Source: Actinomycetes bacterium
GTDB taxonomy: Bacteria; Actinomycetota; Acidimicrobiia; Acidimicrobiales; RAAP-2
Assembly: GCA_021831125.1 (NCBI GenBank)
Contig: JAKBNI010000001.1
Span: 13,659 to 77,658, forward strand
Direction of reading: 5' to 3'
DNA length: 64,000 bases
Shown here in pieces: positions 1 through 11,831 of this stretch. The notes under the pieces are model-generated. The model ran no database searches and was not told the origin of the DNA. It saw only the letters and a program-made list of their open reading frames with translations. Every line of letters starts with the position of its first letter. The first letter of the stretch is position 1. Made by a program: the position numbers and the translations under genes.

Positions 1-241
1 CGCGGGCTGCTCGGCCTCGACGAGGTCTGGGCCCTCGAGGTCTCACCCGAGACCGCGCTCGCCCGCCTCGCCACCGAGCGCCACATGGATCCCGCCGACG
101 CCCGCGCCCGGATCGCCGCGCAGGTGACCAACGAGGCGCGCCGGCGGCTGGCGGACCGGGTGATCGACAACGAGGGATCCCTCGAGCACCTCCATCGGGC
201 GCTCGACGACGCCCTCGCCGCCCTGGGCGTCGGGGCCCGAC

Positions 242-249
<8 letters not shown>
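1..249 (+). CDS. coaE: dephospho-CoA kinase, C-terminal part (5'-truncated by window)
   Basis: Frame 1 reads ...[23 protein letters not shown]...[14 protein letters not shown]; CoaE C-terminal motifs (RxxxQ, ADxVIDNxGS); coaE-uvrB synteny. Confidence 0.85.
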
Positions 250-2242
<1,993 letters not shown>

Positions 2243-2258
2243 CCGGTAGGGTTCGACG

Positions 2259-5093
2259 GTGGCGAAGTCGATCCGGGTCCAGGGGGCGAGGGTCCACAAC
2301 CTGAAGAACCTCTCGGTGGAGATCCCGCGGGACCAGCTCGTCGTGTTCACCGGCCTGTCCGGGTCGGGCAAGTCGTCGCTCGCCTTCGACACGATCTACG
2401 CCGAGGGCCAGCGCCGCTACGTCGAGAGCCTCTCGGCCTACGCCCGCCAGTTCCTGGGCCAGATGGACAAGCCCGACGTGGACTTCATCGAGGGGCTGTC
2501 GCCGGCCATATCGATCGACCAGAAGACGGCCTCGCGCAATCCGCGCTCGACCGTCGGCACCATCACCGAGGTGCACGACTACCTGCGACTGCTGTTCGCG
2601 CGTATCGGGGTCCCGTACTGCCCCAACTGCGGCAAGGCCATCGCGAGCCAGACCCCCCAGCAGATCGTCGACCAGGTCCTCGAGCGTCCCGCCAACCAGC
2701 GCTTCATGGTGCTGGCCGCCCTCGTCCAGGGGCGCAAGGGCGAGTACTCGGCGCTCTTCAACGACCTGGCCGGCCAGGGGTTCAGCCGAGTCCGCGTGGA
2801 CGGCACGATCCACGAGCTCGCCGAGCGCGAGGCGATCACCCTCAAGCGCTACGAGCAGCACACCATCGAGGTGGTCCTCGACCGGCTCACCGTGAAGGCG
2901 ACGAACCGCCAGCGCCTGACCGAGTCGGTGGAGGCCGCCCTCAAGCTGACCAAGGGCACGGTCACCGTGGCCTTCCTCGAGCCTGAGGAGACGGTGCAGT
3001 TCTCCGAGAGGATGGCCTGCTCGGACTGCGGGATCAGCTTCAGCGAGCTGGCGCCCCGGGACTTCTCGTTCAACTCGCCCTACGGGGCCTGCCCGGTCTG
3101 CACGGGGCTCGGCACGCGCTTCGAGGTGGACCCCGACCTCGTGGTGCCCGACGACACGCTCTCGCTCGCCGAGGGGGCCCTCGCTCCCTGGAGCGGGGCC
3201 CGGCTCAAGTACTTCGAGCGGCTCATCGAGGCGGTGGCCGACTCCGGGGGGTTCGAGGTCACCACGCCGTGGAAGAAATTGCGCGCGAAGGACCGCAAAC
3301 TCGTCCTCTACGGAGTCGAGAGCAAGACCGTGCCGGTCAAGTACCGCAACCGCTACGGCAAGGTGAAGACCTACGACACGAGCTACCGCGGGATCGTCGA
3401 GTGGCTCGAGCGGCGCCGGACCGAGGCCGAGGGTGACTGGACCCGCGAACAGGCCGAGCAGTACATGCGTGAGGTCGAGTGCACGGCCTGCGGGGGCCAG
3501 CGGCTCCGTCCCGAGGTCCTCGCGGTGCGGGTTCACGGACGCAACATCGCCGAGGTCTCGACCCTGGCGATCGACGAGGCCATCGCCTACTTCACGACGC
3601 TGCCCCTCAGCGCGCGAGAGGAGGCGATCGCCCGCCAGGTCGTCAAGGAGATCGTCGAGCGACTGAGCTTCCTGATGAACGTGGGCCTCGACTACCTGAC
3701 CCTCAGCCGGGCCTCCGCCTCGCTCTCGGGCGGCGAGGCCCAGCGGATCCGCCTGGCCAGCCAGATCGGCAGCTACCTCGTGGGCGTGCTCTACGTGCTC
3801 GACGAGCCCTCCATCGGGCTCCACCAGCGCGACAACCGTCGCCTCATCGCGACCCTCGAGCGGCTCCGCGACCTCGGGAACTCGGTGATCGTGGTGGAGC
3901 ACGACGAGGAGACCATCCGCCTCGCCGACTTCGTGGTGGACATCGGACCCGGCGCGGGCGAGTTCGGCGGCGAGGTGGTGCACGCGGGCACCTACGAGGC
4001 CCTGCTCGAGAACACCCACTCGCTCACCGGCCAGTACCTCTCGGGACGGCGCGCCATCCCCGTGCCGGGCGAGCGGCGGGCGGGCAACGGCCAGCGCCTC
4101 ACCGTGCGCGGGGCGCGAGCCCACAACCTCCAAGACGTCACCGTCGGCTTCCCCCTCGGCACGTTCGTCGCGGTGACCGGGGTGTCGGGGTCGGGCAAGT
4201 CGTCGCTCGTCAACGCCATCCTGCTGGCCTCCCTCGAGCGACAGATCAACCGGGCCAAGGTCGTCGCCCTCGAGCACGACGGCATCGACGGGGTGAGTCA
4301 CCTCGACAAGGTCGTCGCCGTGGACCAGCAGCCGATCGGACGCACGCCGCGCTCGAACCCCGCGACCTACACCGGGGTGTTCGACAAGATTCGCCGCCTC
4401 TTCGCCGAGGTCCCCGAGGCCAAGGTCCGCGGCTACCAGCCCGGCCGGTTCTCCTTCAACGTGAAGGGTGGGCGGTGCGAGTCGTGCGCCGGAGACGGCA
4501 CCATCAAGATCGAGATGCACTTCCTGCCCGACGTGTACGTGAACTGCGACGTCTGCGACGGCCAGCGCTACAACCGCGAGACCCTGGAGATCCTCTACCG
4601 GGGCCGCTCGATCGCCGACGTGCTCGACATGCCCATCGGCGAGGCGCTGGAGTTCTTCGAGCGCCAGCCGGCCATCGCCCGACACGTCCAGAGCCTCATC
4701 GACGTCGGCCTCTCCTACGTGCGTCTGGGCCAGCCGGCGCCCACCCTCTCGGGCGGCGAGGCGCAGCGGGTCAAGCTCGCCACCGAGCTCGCCCGACGCC
4801 CGACGGGCCACACCTTCTACGTCCTCGACGAGCCCACGACCGGCCTGCACTTCGAGGACGTGAGCCGCCTGCTCACGGTGCTGCACCGCCTGGTCGACCA
4901 GGGCAACACGGTGCTCGTCATCGAGCACAACCTCGACGTCATAAAGACCGCCGACTGGATAGTCGACCTCGGACCCGAGGGCGGTCGCCGGGGTGGGCGG
5001 GTCGTGGGCGAGGGCACCCCCGAGGCGATCGCGGGCCTCGACACCGCGACCGGAACGGTGCTGAGAGAGGTCCTCGCCCCCGGGCGGGCCTAG
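2259..5093 (+). CDS. uvrA: excinuclease ABC subunit A
   Basis: Two ABC ATPase domains ([26 protein letters not shown] x2) and CxxC zinc fingers. Confidence 0.98.
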   Translation: MAKSIRVQGARVHNLKNLSVEIPRDQLVVFTGLSGSGKSSLAFDTIYAEGQRRYVESLSAYARQFLGQMDKPDVDFIEGLSPAISIDQKTASRNPRSTVGTITEVHDYLRLLFARIGVPYCPNCGKAIASQTPQQIVDQVLERPANQRFMVLAALVQGRKGEYSALFNDLAGQGFSRVRVDGTIHELAEREAITLKRYEQHTIEVVLDRLTVKATNRQRLTESVEAALKLTKGTVTVAFLEPEETVQFSERMACSDCGISFSELAPRDFSFNSPYGACPVCTGLGTRFEVDPDLVVPDDTLSLAEGALAPWSGARLKYFERLIEAVADSGGFEVTTPWKKLRAKDRKLVLYGVESKTVPVKYRNRYGKVKTYDTSYRGIVEWLERRRTEAEGDWTREQAEQYMREVECTACGGQRLRPEVLAVRVHGRNIAEVSTLAIDEAIAYFTTLPLSAREEAIARQVVKEIVERLSFLMNVGLDYLTLSRASASLSGGEAQRIRLASQIGSYLVGVLYVLDEPSIGLHQRDNRRLIATLERLRDLGNSVIVVEHDEETIRLADFVVDIGPGAGEFGGEVVHAGTYEALLENTHSLTGQYLSGRRAIPVPGERRAGNGQRLTVRGARAHNLQDVTVGFPLGTFVAVTGVSGSGKSSLVNAILLASLERQINRAKVVALEHDGIDGVSHLDKVVAVDQQPIGRTPRSNPATYTGVFDKIRRLFAEVPEAKVRGYQPGRFSFNVKGGRCESCAGDGTIKIEMHFLPDVYVNCDVCDGQRYNRETLEILYRGRSIADVLDMPIGEALEFFERQPAIARHVQSLIDVGLSYVRLGQPAPTLSGGEAQRVKLATELARRPTGHTFYVLDEPTTGLHFEDVSRLLTVLHRLVDQGNTVLVIEHNLDVIKTADWIVDLGPEGGRRGGRVVGEGTPEAIAGLDTATGTVLREVLAPGRA

Positions 5094-6940
5094 TGCTCGA
5101 CAAGCCCGCCGGCATCCCGCGCCAGAGCGGCTGCTACCTCTTCCGCAACGCCCGCGGCGAGGTGGTCTACGTGGGCAAGGCCCGGGTCCTGGCCCAGCGG
5201 CTCTCGAGCTACTTCCAGCGCCGCGACGCGCTGTCCGAGAAGACGCGTCTCTTGATGGACGAGGCGACCTCGGTCGAGTGGATCGTCACCCCGAGCGAGC
5301 TCGACGCGCTGGTCCTCGAGAACGAGCTGATCAAGGCGAACCAGCCCCGCTACAACCTTCGCCTGAAGGACGACAAGAGCTTCCCCTACGTCGCCCTCGA
5401 CTCGCGCACCCCCTACGCCGCGCCGTACCTGACCCGCGGGGCCCACGTGAAGGGCGTGCGCTACTACGGCCCTTTCGTCGACGTGGGCGCCCTGCGCACG
5501 ACGATGGACGAGCTGCTCCAGGCCTTCCCCCTGCGCACCTGCTCGACCCACAAGTTCCGCTACCACGAGCGCGTCGGGCGCCCCTGCCTGCTCTACGACA
5601 TCGGTAAGTGCTGCGGGCCGTGCGTGGGCAGGGTGGACGAGGCGGGCTACCGAGAGATCGTCCAGTCCTGGGCGCGCTTCTTCGAGGGCGACGTGCGCCC
5701 CCTGCGCGAGCGGCTGGCGGCCCAGATGGACGAGGCCGCCCAGAGTCGCCACTACGAGGCCGCCGCCCGCGCGCGCGACGGCCTCGAGGCCCTCGAGCGG
5801 GCGTCGGCGAGCCAGAGCGTGGTCCTCGACGACCACTCCGACCTCGACGTGGTGGCCTCGGCGAGCGAGGGGTCGCGCACCGCCCTGGTGCGCTTCCGGG
5901 TCCGCTTCGGACGCATCGTGGGGCGCACGGCCCACCTCATCGACCGCACCATGGACGAGGACGACGAGGAGCTCTTCGAGGACGTGCTGGCCGACCTCTA
6001 CACCGAGGGCGAGCCGGTCCCCCCGGTCGTGGTCGTAGAGCGCCCCGGGTGGGCGAGCGCGCTGGCGGCCGCCTTCTTGGGGGCCCGGCGGGGTCGTCCG
6101 GTGGAGGTCGTGGCCCCCCGGCGTGGCAAGCGCCGACGGGTGGTCGAGCTGGCCCGGGCCGACGCCGTGGCGGTCGTCGCGCGTGACACACTGCGCCGCC
6201 AGGCCGACCACAACGTGCGCAGCCGGGCCCTGCTCGAGCTCGGGGGGTCGCTCGGCCTCGCGGCGCCGCCCTATCGCATCGAGTGCTTCGACATGAGCCA
6301 CCTCCAGGGCACCAACTACGTGGGCTCGATGGTCGTCTTCGAGGACGGGCTGGCGGCCAAACGCGAGTACCGACACTTCAACGTGCGCGAAGTGCTCGGC
6401 AACGACGACGCGGGCGCGATGGCCGAGGTGGTGCGCCGGCGTCTGGCCCACTGGGACGAGGGGGAGGGGTCGCGCTTCGCCCGGGCCGACCTGATCATCA
6501 TCGACGGCGGCCTGCCCCAGCTGCACGCCGCCGAGGCGGCGGCGGCGGAGCTGGGCCTGGCCGGTCGGGTCGAGTTCGCGGCCCTCGCCAAGCGCGAGGA
6601 GCTCTTGTACCGCCCGGGCCGGGCGACCCCGATCGCGCTCGAGCGCGGGAGCGAGGCGCTCTACCTCGTCCAGCGCGTGCGCGACGAGGCCCACCGCTTC
6701 GCGATCACGTTCCACCGCTCCAAGCGGGGCCGCTCGATGGTGGCCTCGACCCTCGAGGGCGTCGAGGGCCTCGGTCCCGCCCGGCGCGAGCGGCTGATGG
6801 GGCACTTCGGCTCGCTCGAGTCCCTGCGCGCGGCGCGGCTCGAGGAGCTGACGGCCCTCTCGTGGCTACCGGACAGCGTGGCGACGAGCCTCTACGATCA
6901 CCTGCACGCGCCGGGGGCGCCCCGGCCCGAGAAGAGGTGA
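5093..6940 (+). CDS. uvrC: excinuclease ABC subunit C
   Basis: GIY-YIG region (GCYLF...YVGKA), RIECFDMSH, IDGG, RDEAHRFA, HhH; GTG start overlaps the uvrA stop, and the upstream part of track ORF 3479 is spurious. Confidence 0.96.
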   Translation: MLDKPAGIPRQSGCYLFRNARGEVVYVGKARVLAQRLSSYFQRRDALSEKTRLLMDEATSVEWIVTPSELDALVLENELIKANQPRYNLRLKDDKSFPYVALDSRTPYAAPYLTRGAHVKGVRYYGPFVDVGALRTTMDELLQAFPLRTCSTHKFRYHERVGRPCLLYDIGKCCGPCVGRVDEAGYREIVQSWARFFEGDVRPLRERLAAQMDEAAQSRHYEAAARARDGLEALERASASQSVVLDDHSDLDVVASASEGSRTALVRFRVRFGRIVGRTAHLIDRTMDEDDEELFEDVLADLYTEGEPVPPVVVVERPGWASALAAAFLGARRGRPVEVVAPRRGKRRRVVELARADAVAVVARDTLRRQADHNVRSRALLELGGSLGLAAPPYRIECFDMSHLQGTNYVGSMVVFEDGLAAKREYRHFNVREVLGNDDAGAMAEVVRRRLAHWDEGEGSRFARADLIIIDGGLPQLHAAEAAAAELGLAGRVEFAALAKREELLYRPGRATPIALERGSEALYLVQRVRDEAHRFAITFHRSKRGRSMVASTLEGVEGLGPARRERLMGHFGSLESLRAARLEELTALSWLPDSVATSLYDHLHAPGAPRPEKR

Positions 6941-6941
6941 G

Positions 6942-7787
6942 ATGAGCGAGGTCCTGCTGGTCACCGGGATGTCGGGCGCCGGGCGCTCCACGGCCTCGGC
7001 GGCCCTCGAGGACCTCGGCTGGTTCGTCATCGACAACCTGCCGGTCGAGCTGGCGGTGCGGGTGGGCGAGCTCGCCACCACGCGCAGCGCGCGCGACGCC
7101 GGGGTGGCCTTCGTGGTGGGCCGCTCGGCCGACCTCGACTCGGCCGCCCTGCTCGAGGTGGCCCGCGAGCTCCGCGAGCGCCACGGGGCCTTACGGATCC
7201 TCTTCCTCGACGCGCCCGACGACGTGCTCATCACCCGTTTCGAGGGCAACCGGCGCCGTCACCCCATCGACGCGCCGTCCCTCGCCGAGTCGATCGGCGC
7301 CGAGCGGGCCCTGCTCGCCCCCATCCGCGACGCCGCCGACCTGGTGATCGACACCGGAGGGCTCAACGTCAACCAGCTGCGCCGCCGAGTGATCGAGAGC
7401 GTCGCCGCCCCCGGCGACGGGCGCGCGATGCGGGTCTCGCTCGTGAGCTTCGGCTTCGCCTACGGCATCCCGCGCGACGTCGACCTCGTCTTCGACTGCC
7501 GGTTCCTGCCCAATCCCCACTGGGTGGAGGAGCTGCGCCCGCTGACGGGCCTCGACGCGCCGGTCGCGCGGTACGTGCTCGCCCAGGAGGGAGCCATCCG
7601 CCTGGTCGATGAGGTGGTCGGGCTGCTCGAGTGGCAGATCCCGGCCTTCGCCAAGGAGGGCAAGTCGTACCTCTCGATCGCGGTGGGCTGCACCGGGGGG
7701 CGCCACCGCAGCGTGGCCGTGGCCGAGGAGGTCGCCCGACGCCTGGGCCTGGAGAACCCGCCCTTCCACCGCGACATCACCCGATGA
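6942..7787 (+). CDS. rapZ: RNase adapter RapZ / YvcJ P-loop protein
   Basis: GMSGAGRS, IDNLP, FDCRFLPNPHW, GCTGGRHRSV. Confidence 0.95.
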   Translation: MSEVLLVTGMSGAGRSTASAALEDLGWFVIDNLPVELAVRVGELATTRSARDAGVAFVVGRSADLDSAALLEVARELRERHGALRILFLDAPDDVLITRFEGNRRRHPIDAPSLAESIGAERALLAPIRDAADLVIDTGGLNVNQLRRRVIESVAAPGDGRAMRVSLVSFGFAYGIPRDVDLVFDCRFLPNPHWVEELRPLTGLDAPVARYVLAQEGAIRLVDEVVGLLEWQIPAFAKEGKSYLSIAVGCTGGRHRSVAVAEEVARRLGLENPPFHRDITR

Positions 7788-8650
7788 GGGCCGTCGCCGT
7801 CGGGGGCGGCCACGGTACGGCCGTCTCGCTGCGGGCCCTCAAGTCCCTCTCGGCCGAGGTCACCGGCGTCGTCTCGGTGGCCGACGACGGCGGCTCGACG
7901 GGGCGGCTGCGCGCCCTGCTCGACGTGGCCGCGGTGGGCGACCTGCGCAAGTGCCTGGTGGCCCTGGCCGACCCCGAGAACCCGCTGACGCGCTCCTTCG
8001 AGCACCGCTTCTCGGTGGGCGAGCTGGCGGGGCACGCCGTGGGCAACCTCCTGCTCGTCGGGCTGATCGACGCCACGGGCGACCTCGAGGAGTCGGTGCG
8101 CGCCCTCGCCGAGGTGATGGGGGTGACCGGGGCCATCGTGCCGGCGAGCACCCAGGGCGTCGAGCTGATCGCCACGACCCGCCACGGCGCCACGAGGGGT
8201 CAGAGCGAGGTCGCCCGGACCGGGGCCATCGAGCGGATCCGCCTCGAGCCGCGCCACGCCGCCGCCCCCATCGCCGCGGTCGAGGCGATCGAGCGGGCCG
8301 ACCTCGTGGTCGTCGGGCCGGGTTCGCTGTTCACGAGCGTGCTCGCCGCCTGCGCGGTGCCCGGGGTGACCCAGGCGCTGGCCGCCACGCGGGCGCGCAC
8401 CCTCTACGTGGCGAACCTCCACCACCAGGTGCCCGAGACCGAGGGCTTCAGCCTGGCCGACCACGTCGAGGCGCTGGAGCGCCACGGGGTGGTGCCCGAC
8501 ACGGTCCTCGTCGACGCCCGGTGCCGCTTCGCCGAGGGGGCCTGCGCCCGACCCGTCGTGCGGGCCGACCTCGCGGACGACCGGGGCCTCGTACACGATG
8601 TGCAAAAATTGGCGTCGGCGCTCGCGGACCTCGTGGGGCGCGCGGCGTAG
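7784..8650 (+). CDS. yvcK: YvcK/CuvA family (UPF0052) gluconeogenesis/cell-wall factor
   Basis: VGGGHG, DDGGSTGRLR, GDLR, GHAVGN, GPGSLFTS; ATGA overlap with rapZ. Confidence 0.93.
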   Translation: MRAVAVGGGHGTAVSLRALKSLSAEVTGVVSVADDGGSTGRLRALLDVAAVGDLRKCLVALADPENPLTRSFEHRFSVGELAGHAVGNLLLVGLIDATGDLEESVRALAEVMGVTGAIVPASTQGVELIATTRHGATRGQSEVARTGAIERIRLEPRHAAAPIAAVEAIERADLVVVGPGSLFTSVLAACAVPGVTQALAATRARTLYVANLHHQVPETEGFSLADHVEALERHGVVPDTVLVDARCRFAEGACARPVVRADLADDRGLVHDVQKLASALADLVGRAA

Positions 8651-8656
8651 ATCGGA

Positions 8657-9673
8657 GTGGCGGTGGCGATTCGGGTGGGCATCAACGGCTTCGGCCGCAT
8701 CGGGCGCAACTTCCTGCGCGCCGCTCTCGGACGCGAGGGCCTCGAGGTCGTCGCGGTGAACGACCTGGTCGCCCCGGCGACCAACGCGCACCTGCTGAAG
8801 TACGACTCGACCCAGGGACCCCTCGGGGTCGAGGTGGGCCTGACCGACACCGGCCTCTCGGTCGGAGCCAGCGAGATCGCGGTCTTCGCCGAGCGCGACC
8901 CCGGGGCCGTGCCCTGGGGCGAGCACGGGGTGGACGTCGTGATCGAGTCGACGGGCCTGTTCACCGCCCGGGAGAAGGCGGCGGCGCACCTCGTCGGCGG
9001 GGCCCGGCGGGTCATCGTCTCGGCCCCCTCCCCTGACGCCGACGCCTCCTTCGTGGTGGGGGTGAACGACGACACGTTCGACCCCGAGCGCCACGTCGTG
9101 GTCTCGAACGCCTCGTGCACGACCAACTGCTTCGTGCCCATGGTCAAGGTCCTCGACGACGCCTTCGGCGTGCGCGGGGGGCTCATGACGACGGTTCACG
9201 CCTACACCAACGACCAGAACCTGCTCGACCTCGCCCACAAGGACCTGCGCCGGGCACGCGCCGCGGCGCTGAACATCGTGCCCTCCTCGACCGGCGCAGC
9301 CCGGGCCACCAGCCTGGTGCTCGAGTCGATGAAGGGCCGCCTCGACGGCACGTCGCTGCGCGTGCCGGTTCCGGCCGGTTCGATCACCGACTTCACCGCC
9401 GTCGTGCCCGCCACGACCGTCGAGGCCGTCAACGCCGCCTTCAAGGCGGCGAGCGAGCGGGCCCTCGCCGGGGTCCTCGTCTACTGCGACGAGCCGATCG
9501 TCTCGAGCGACGTGGTGGGCAGCCCGGCGTCGTGCACGTTCGACTCGCTCATGACGATGGTCCAGGACCTCGACGGCACGAGCTCCCTCGTCAAGGTCTT
9601 CGGCTGGTACGACAACGAGTGGGGCTACTCGAACCGGCTGGTCGACCTGGCCGAGCGCGTCGGGGCGCGGTGA
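8657..9673 (+). CDS. gap: glyceraldehyde-3-phosphate dehydrogenase type I
   Basis: GINGFGRIGR, SNASCTTNC, WYDNEWGYS. Confidence 0.98.
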   Translation: MAVAIRVGINGFGRIGRNFLRAALGREGLEVVAVNDLVAPATNAHLLKYDSTQGPLGVEVGLTDTGLSVGASEIAVFAERDPGAVPWGEHGVDVVIESTGLFTAREKAAAHLVGGARRVIVSAPSPDADASFVVGVNDDTFDPERHVVVSNASCTTNCFVPMVKVLDDAFGVRGGLMTTVHAYTNDQNLLDLAHKDLRRARAAALNIVPSSTGAARATSLVLESMKGRLDGTSLRVPVPAGSITDFTAVVPATTVEAVNAAFKAASERALAGVLVYCDEPIVSSDVVGSPASCTFDSLMTMVQDLDGTSSLVKVFGWYDNEWGYSNRLVDLAERVGAR

Positions 9674-10806
9674 GGCCGCTGCCGTCGCCGGCGCGCTGGG
9701 GCGACCTCTCCGGCAAGCGGGTGCTCGTCCGGGTCGACTTCAACGTGCCCGTGGCCGAGCACGACGGCGAGGTCGTGGTGACCGACGACTTCCGCCTGCG
9801 GGTGGCGCTGCCGCTCTTCGACGACCTGCTCGCGCGTGGGGCGAGCGTGGTGGCCTGCACCCACTTCGGCCGGCCCGAGGGCCGGGAGGATCCGCGCTAC
9901 TCCCTCGAGCCCGTGCGCCGAGCCCTCCAGGCGCTGCGCCCGGGCGTCGAGCTGATGGAGAACCTGCGGTTCCACCCGGGCGAGGAGGCCTGTGACCCGG
10001 CCTTCGGCGCCTCGCTGGTCGAGGGCGTGGACTACTACGTGAACGAGGCCTTCGGGGCCTCACACCGGGCCCACGCGTCGATCATGGTCCCGCCGACCCT
10101 GGTGCCGAGCGCGGCTGGGCCCAACCTCGCCCACGAGGTCGAGACGATCCTCTCCTTGCTCGAGAGCCCTCGGCGACCCCTCGTCGCGATCGTCGGGGGG
10201 GCCAAGGTGCGCGACAAGATCAGCCTGGTTCGGGTCCTCGCCGAGCGGGCCGACCTGGTCCTCGTCGGAGGGGGGATGGCCCACACCTTCGCGCTGGCCG
10301 AGGGGCGTCGGGTCGGTGACAGCCTGGTCGATCCGGACCGGCTCGAGGAGTGCCGGACCCTGTTGAAGGGCGGCACGGTCGTGATCCCGGTGGACCGGAG
10401 GGGCCTTCGCACCGGGGCGCCCTTCGGTCCCGACGGGGGGGACGACCCCGTCGTCGAGTTCGCCGGCGACGTCCCCGACGGCTACACCGCCCTCGACATC
10501 GGCCCCGAGACCGTCGCCCTCTTCTCCGCCGCCCTCGCGGGCGCCGGCTCGATCCTGTGGAACGGACCTATGGGGGTCTTCGAGGACCCGCGCTTCATGG
10601 CCGGTACCGAGGCCGTCGCCCGGGCGGTCGCCGCGAGCGAGGCGCACAGCGTGGTCGGGGGAGGGGACTCGGCCGCCGCCCTCGACGCCCTGGGTCTGCG
10701 CGAGGCGGTGACCTTCGTCTCGACCGGTGGGGGAGCCACGCTCGAGCTCGTCGAGGAGGGCGACCTGCCCGGGCTGCGGGCGTTGCGCGAGAGCCCCTTC
10801 GGCTGA
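9670..10806 (+). CDS. pgk: phosphoglycerate kinase
   Basis: RVDFNVP, HFGRP, HRAHAS, GGAKVRDK, NGPMGVFE, GGGDS, STGGGA; GTGA overlap with gap. Confidence 0.96.
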   Translation: MRPLPSPARWGDLSGKRVLVRVDFNVPVAEHDGEVVVTDDFRLRVALPLFDDLLARGASVVACTHFGRPEGREDPRYSLEPVRRALQALRPGVELMENLRFHPGEEACDPAFGASLVEGVDYYVNEAFGASHRAHASIMVPPTLVPSAAGPNLAHEVETILSLLESPRRPLVAIVGGAKVRDKISLVRVLAERADLVLVGGGMAHTFALAEGRRVGDSLVDPDRLEECRTLLKGGTVVIPVDRRGLRTGAPFGPDGGDDPVVEFAGDVPDGYTALDIGPETVALFSAALAGAGSILWNGPMGVFEDPRFMAGTEAVARAVAASEAHSVVGGGDSAAALDALGLREAVTFVSTGGGATLELVEEGDLPGLRALRESPFG

Positions 10807-11579
10807 TGCCCACGCCCGCCGTCTACGGCAACTGGAAGATGAACCTCGACGTCGTCGAGGCGATCCATCTCACCCAGCAGCTCGGGGTGCTACGGCGCCG
10901 CTCACCGCTCGAGCACGTGGAGGTCGGCGTCGCGCCCCCCTTCGTGGACCTGCGCAGCGTGGGCTCGGTGAACGAGGCCGACCGGATCGGTCTGGTGTTG
11001 TGCGCCCAGCACGTGAACGAGCACGAGTCGGGTGCGTTCACCGGGGAGGTGTCGCTCGCGATGCTCGAGCGCCTGGGCGTGCGCGCGGTCATCGTGGGCC
11101 ACTCCGAGAGGCGACGGCTCTACGGCATGGACGACGCGCTCGTCGCGAGCACGGTCGCCCGGGTGGCCGGAGCCGGGCTGCGGGCGATCGTGTGCGTGGG
11201 CGAGGACGCCGAGGTGCGCGCGTCGGGCGGGGAGGAGGCCTTCGTCGCCGAGCAGCTGCGCGCGGCCCTGGGGGGCCTGACCGAGGGGGCGCGAGGGAAC
11301 GTGACCGTCGCCTACGAGCCGCTCTGGGCCATCGGGACCGGCGTGGTCGCCGAGACCGCCCAGGTGGCGGCGCAGAACCACTCCATCCGGGTCACGCTGG
11401 ACGAGCTGGGCCTCGAGGCCCCGGTGCTCTACGGCGGCTCGGTCAGCCCCGAGAACGCCGCTGAGCTGGCCCGGGAGGGGGCGGTGGACGGCTTCTTGGT
11501 CGGGGGGGCGAGCCTGCGGGCCGAGGCCTTCCATGCGGTCTGTCGGGCCGTCGACGACTGCTACGCTTCTACCCGCTGA
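10806..11579 (+). CDS. tpiA: triosephosphate isomerase
   Basis: GNWKMN, GHSERR, AYEPLWAIGTG, LYGGSV, LVGGASL. Confidence 0.97.
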   Translation: MPTPAVYGNWKMNLDVVEAIHLTQQLGVLRRRSPLEHVEVGVAPPFVDLRSVGSVNEADRIGLVLCAQHVNEHESGAFTGEVSLAMLERLGVRAVIVGHSERRRLYGMDDALVASTVARVAGAGLRAIVCVGEDAEVRASGGEEAFVAEQLRAALGGLTEGARGNVTVAYEPLWAIGTGVVAETAQVAAQNHSIRVTLDELGLEAPVLYGGSVSPENAAELAREGAVDGFLVGGASLRAEAFHAVCRAVDDCYASTR

Positions 11580-11595
11580 ATTCTCGGAGGGAACC

Positions 11596-11826
11596 ATGCT
11601 GACCGCGCTGATCATCGCTATCGAGGCGATCACGGCCGTCGCCCTGGTCTTCCTCGTCCTCCTGCACTCCGGACGGGGCGGGGGGATCTCGGACCTGATG
11701 GGCGGCTCGGTGACGACCGCCGCCTCGGGGTCGACGGCCGTCGAGAAGAACCTCGACCGGATCACCATCGCCGTCGCCCTGGTCTTCACCTTCGCCACAC
11801 TGGCGCTGGACCTACGCCTCCAGTAG
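11596..11826 (+). CDS. secG: preprotein translocase subunit SecG
   Basis: Two TM helices around LHSGRGGGISDLMGG, EKNLDRIT; GGAGG RBS; follows tpiA. Confidence 0.95.
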   Translation: MLTALIIAIEAITAVALVFLVLLHSGRGGGISDLMGGSVTTAASGSTAVEKNLDRITIAVALVFTFATLALDLRLQ

Positions 11827-11831
11827 CCGTC

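Noticed and set aside
3479-5092. 1153-aa ORF suggesting an N-terminally extended UvrC
   Set aside because: The upstream part is an Arg/Pro-rich off-frame shadow of uvrA; UvrC similarity begins at GTG 5093
6942-7000. RapZ Walker A with Arg (GAGRS) instead of Lys
   Set aside because: Common variant in actinobacterial RapZ/YvcJ proteins
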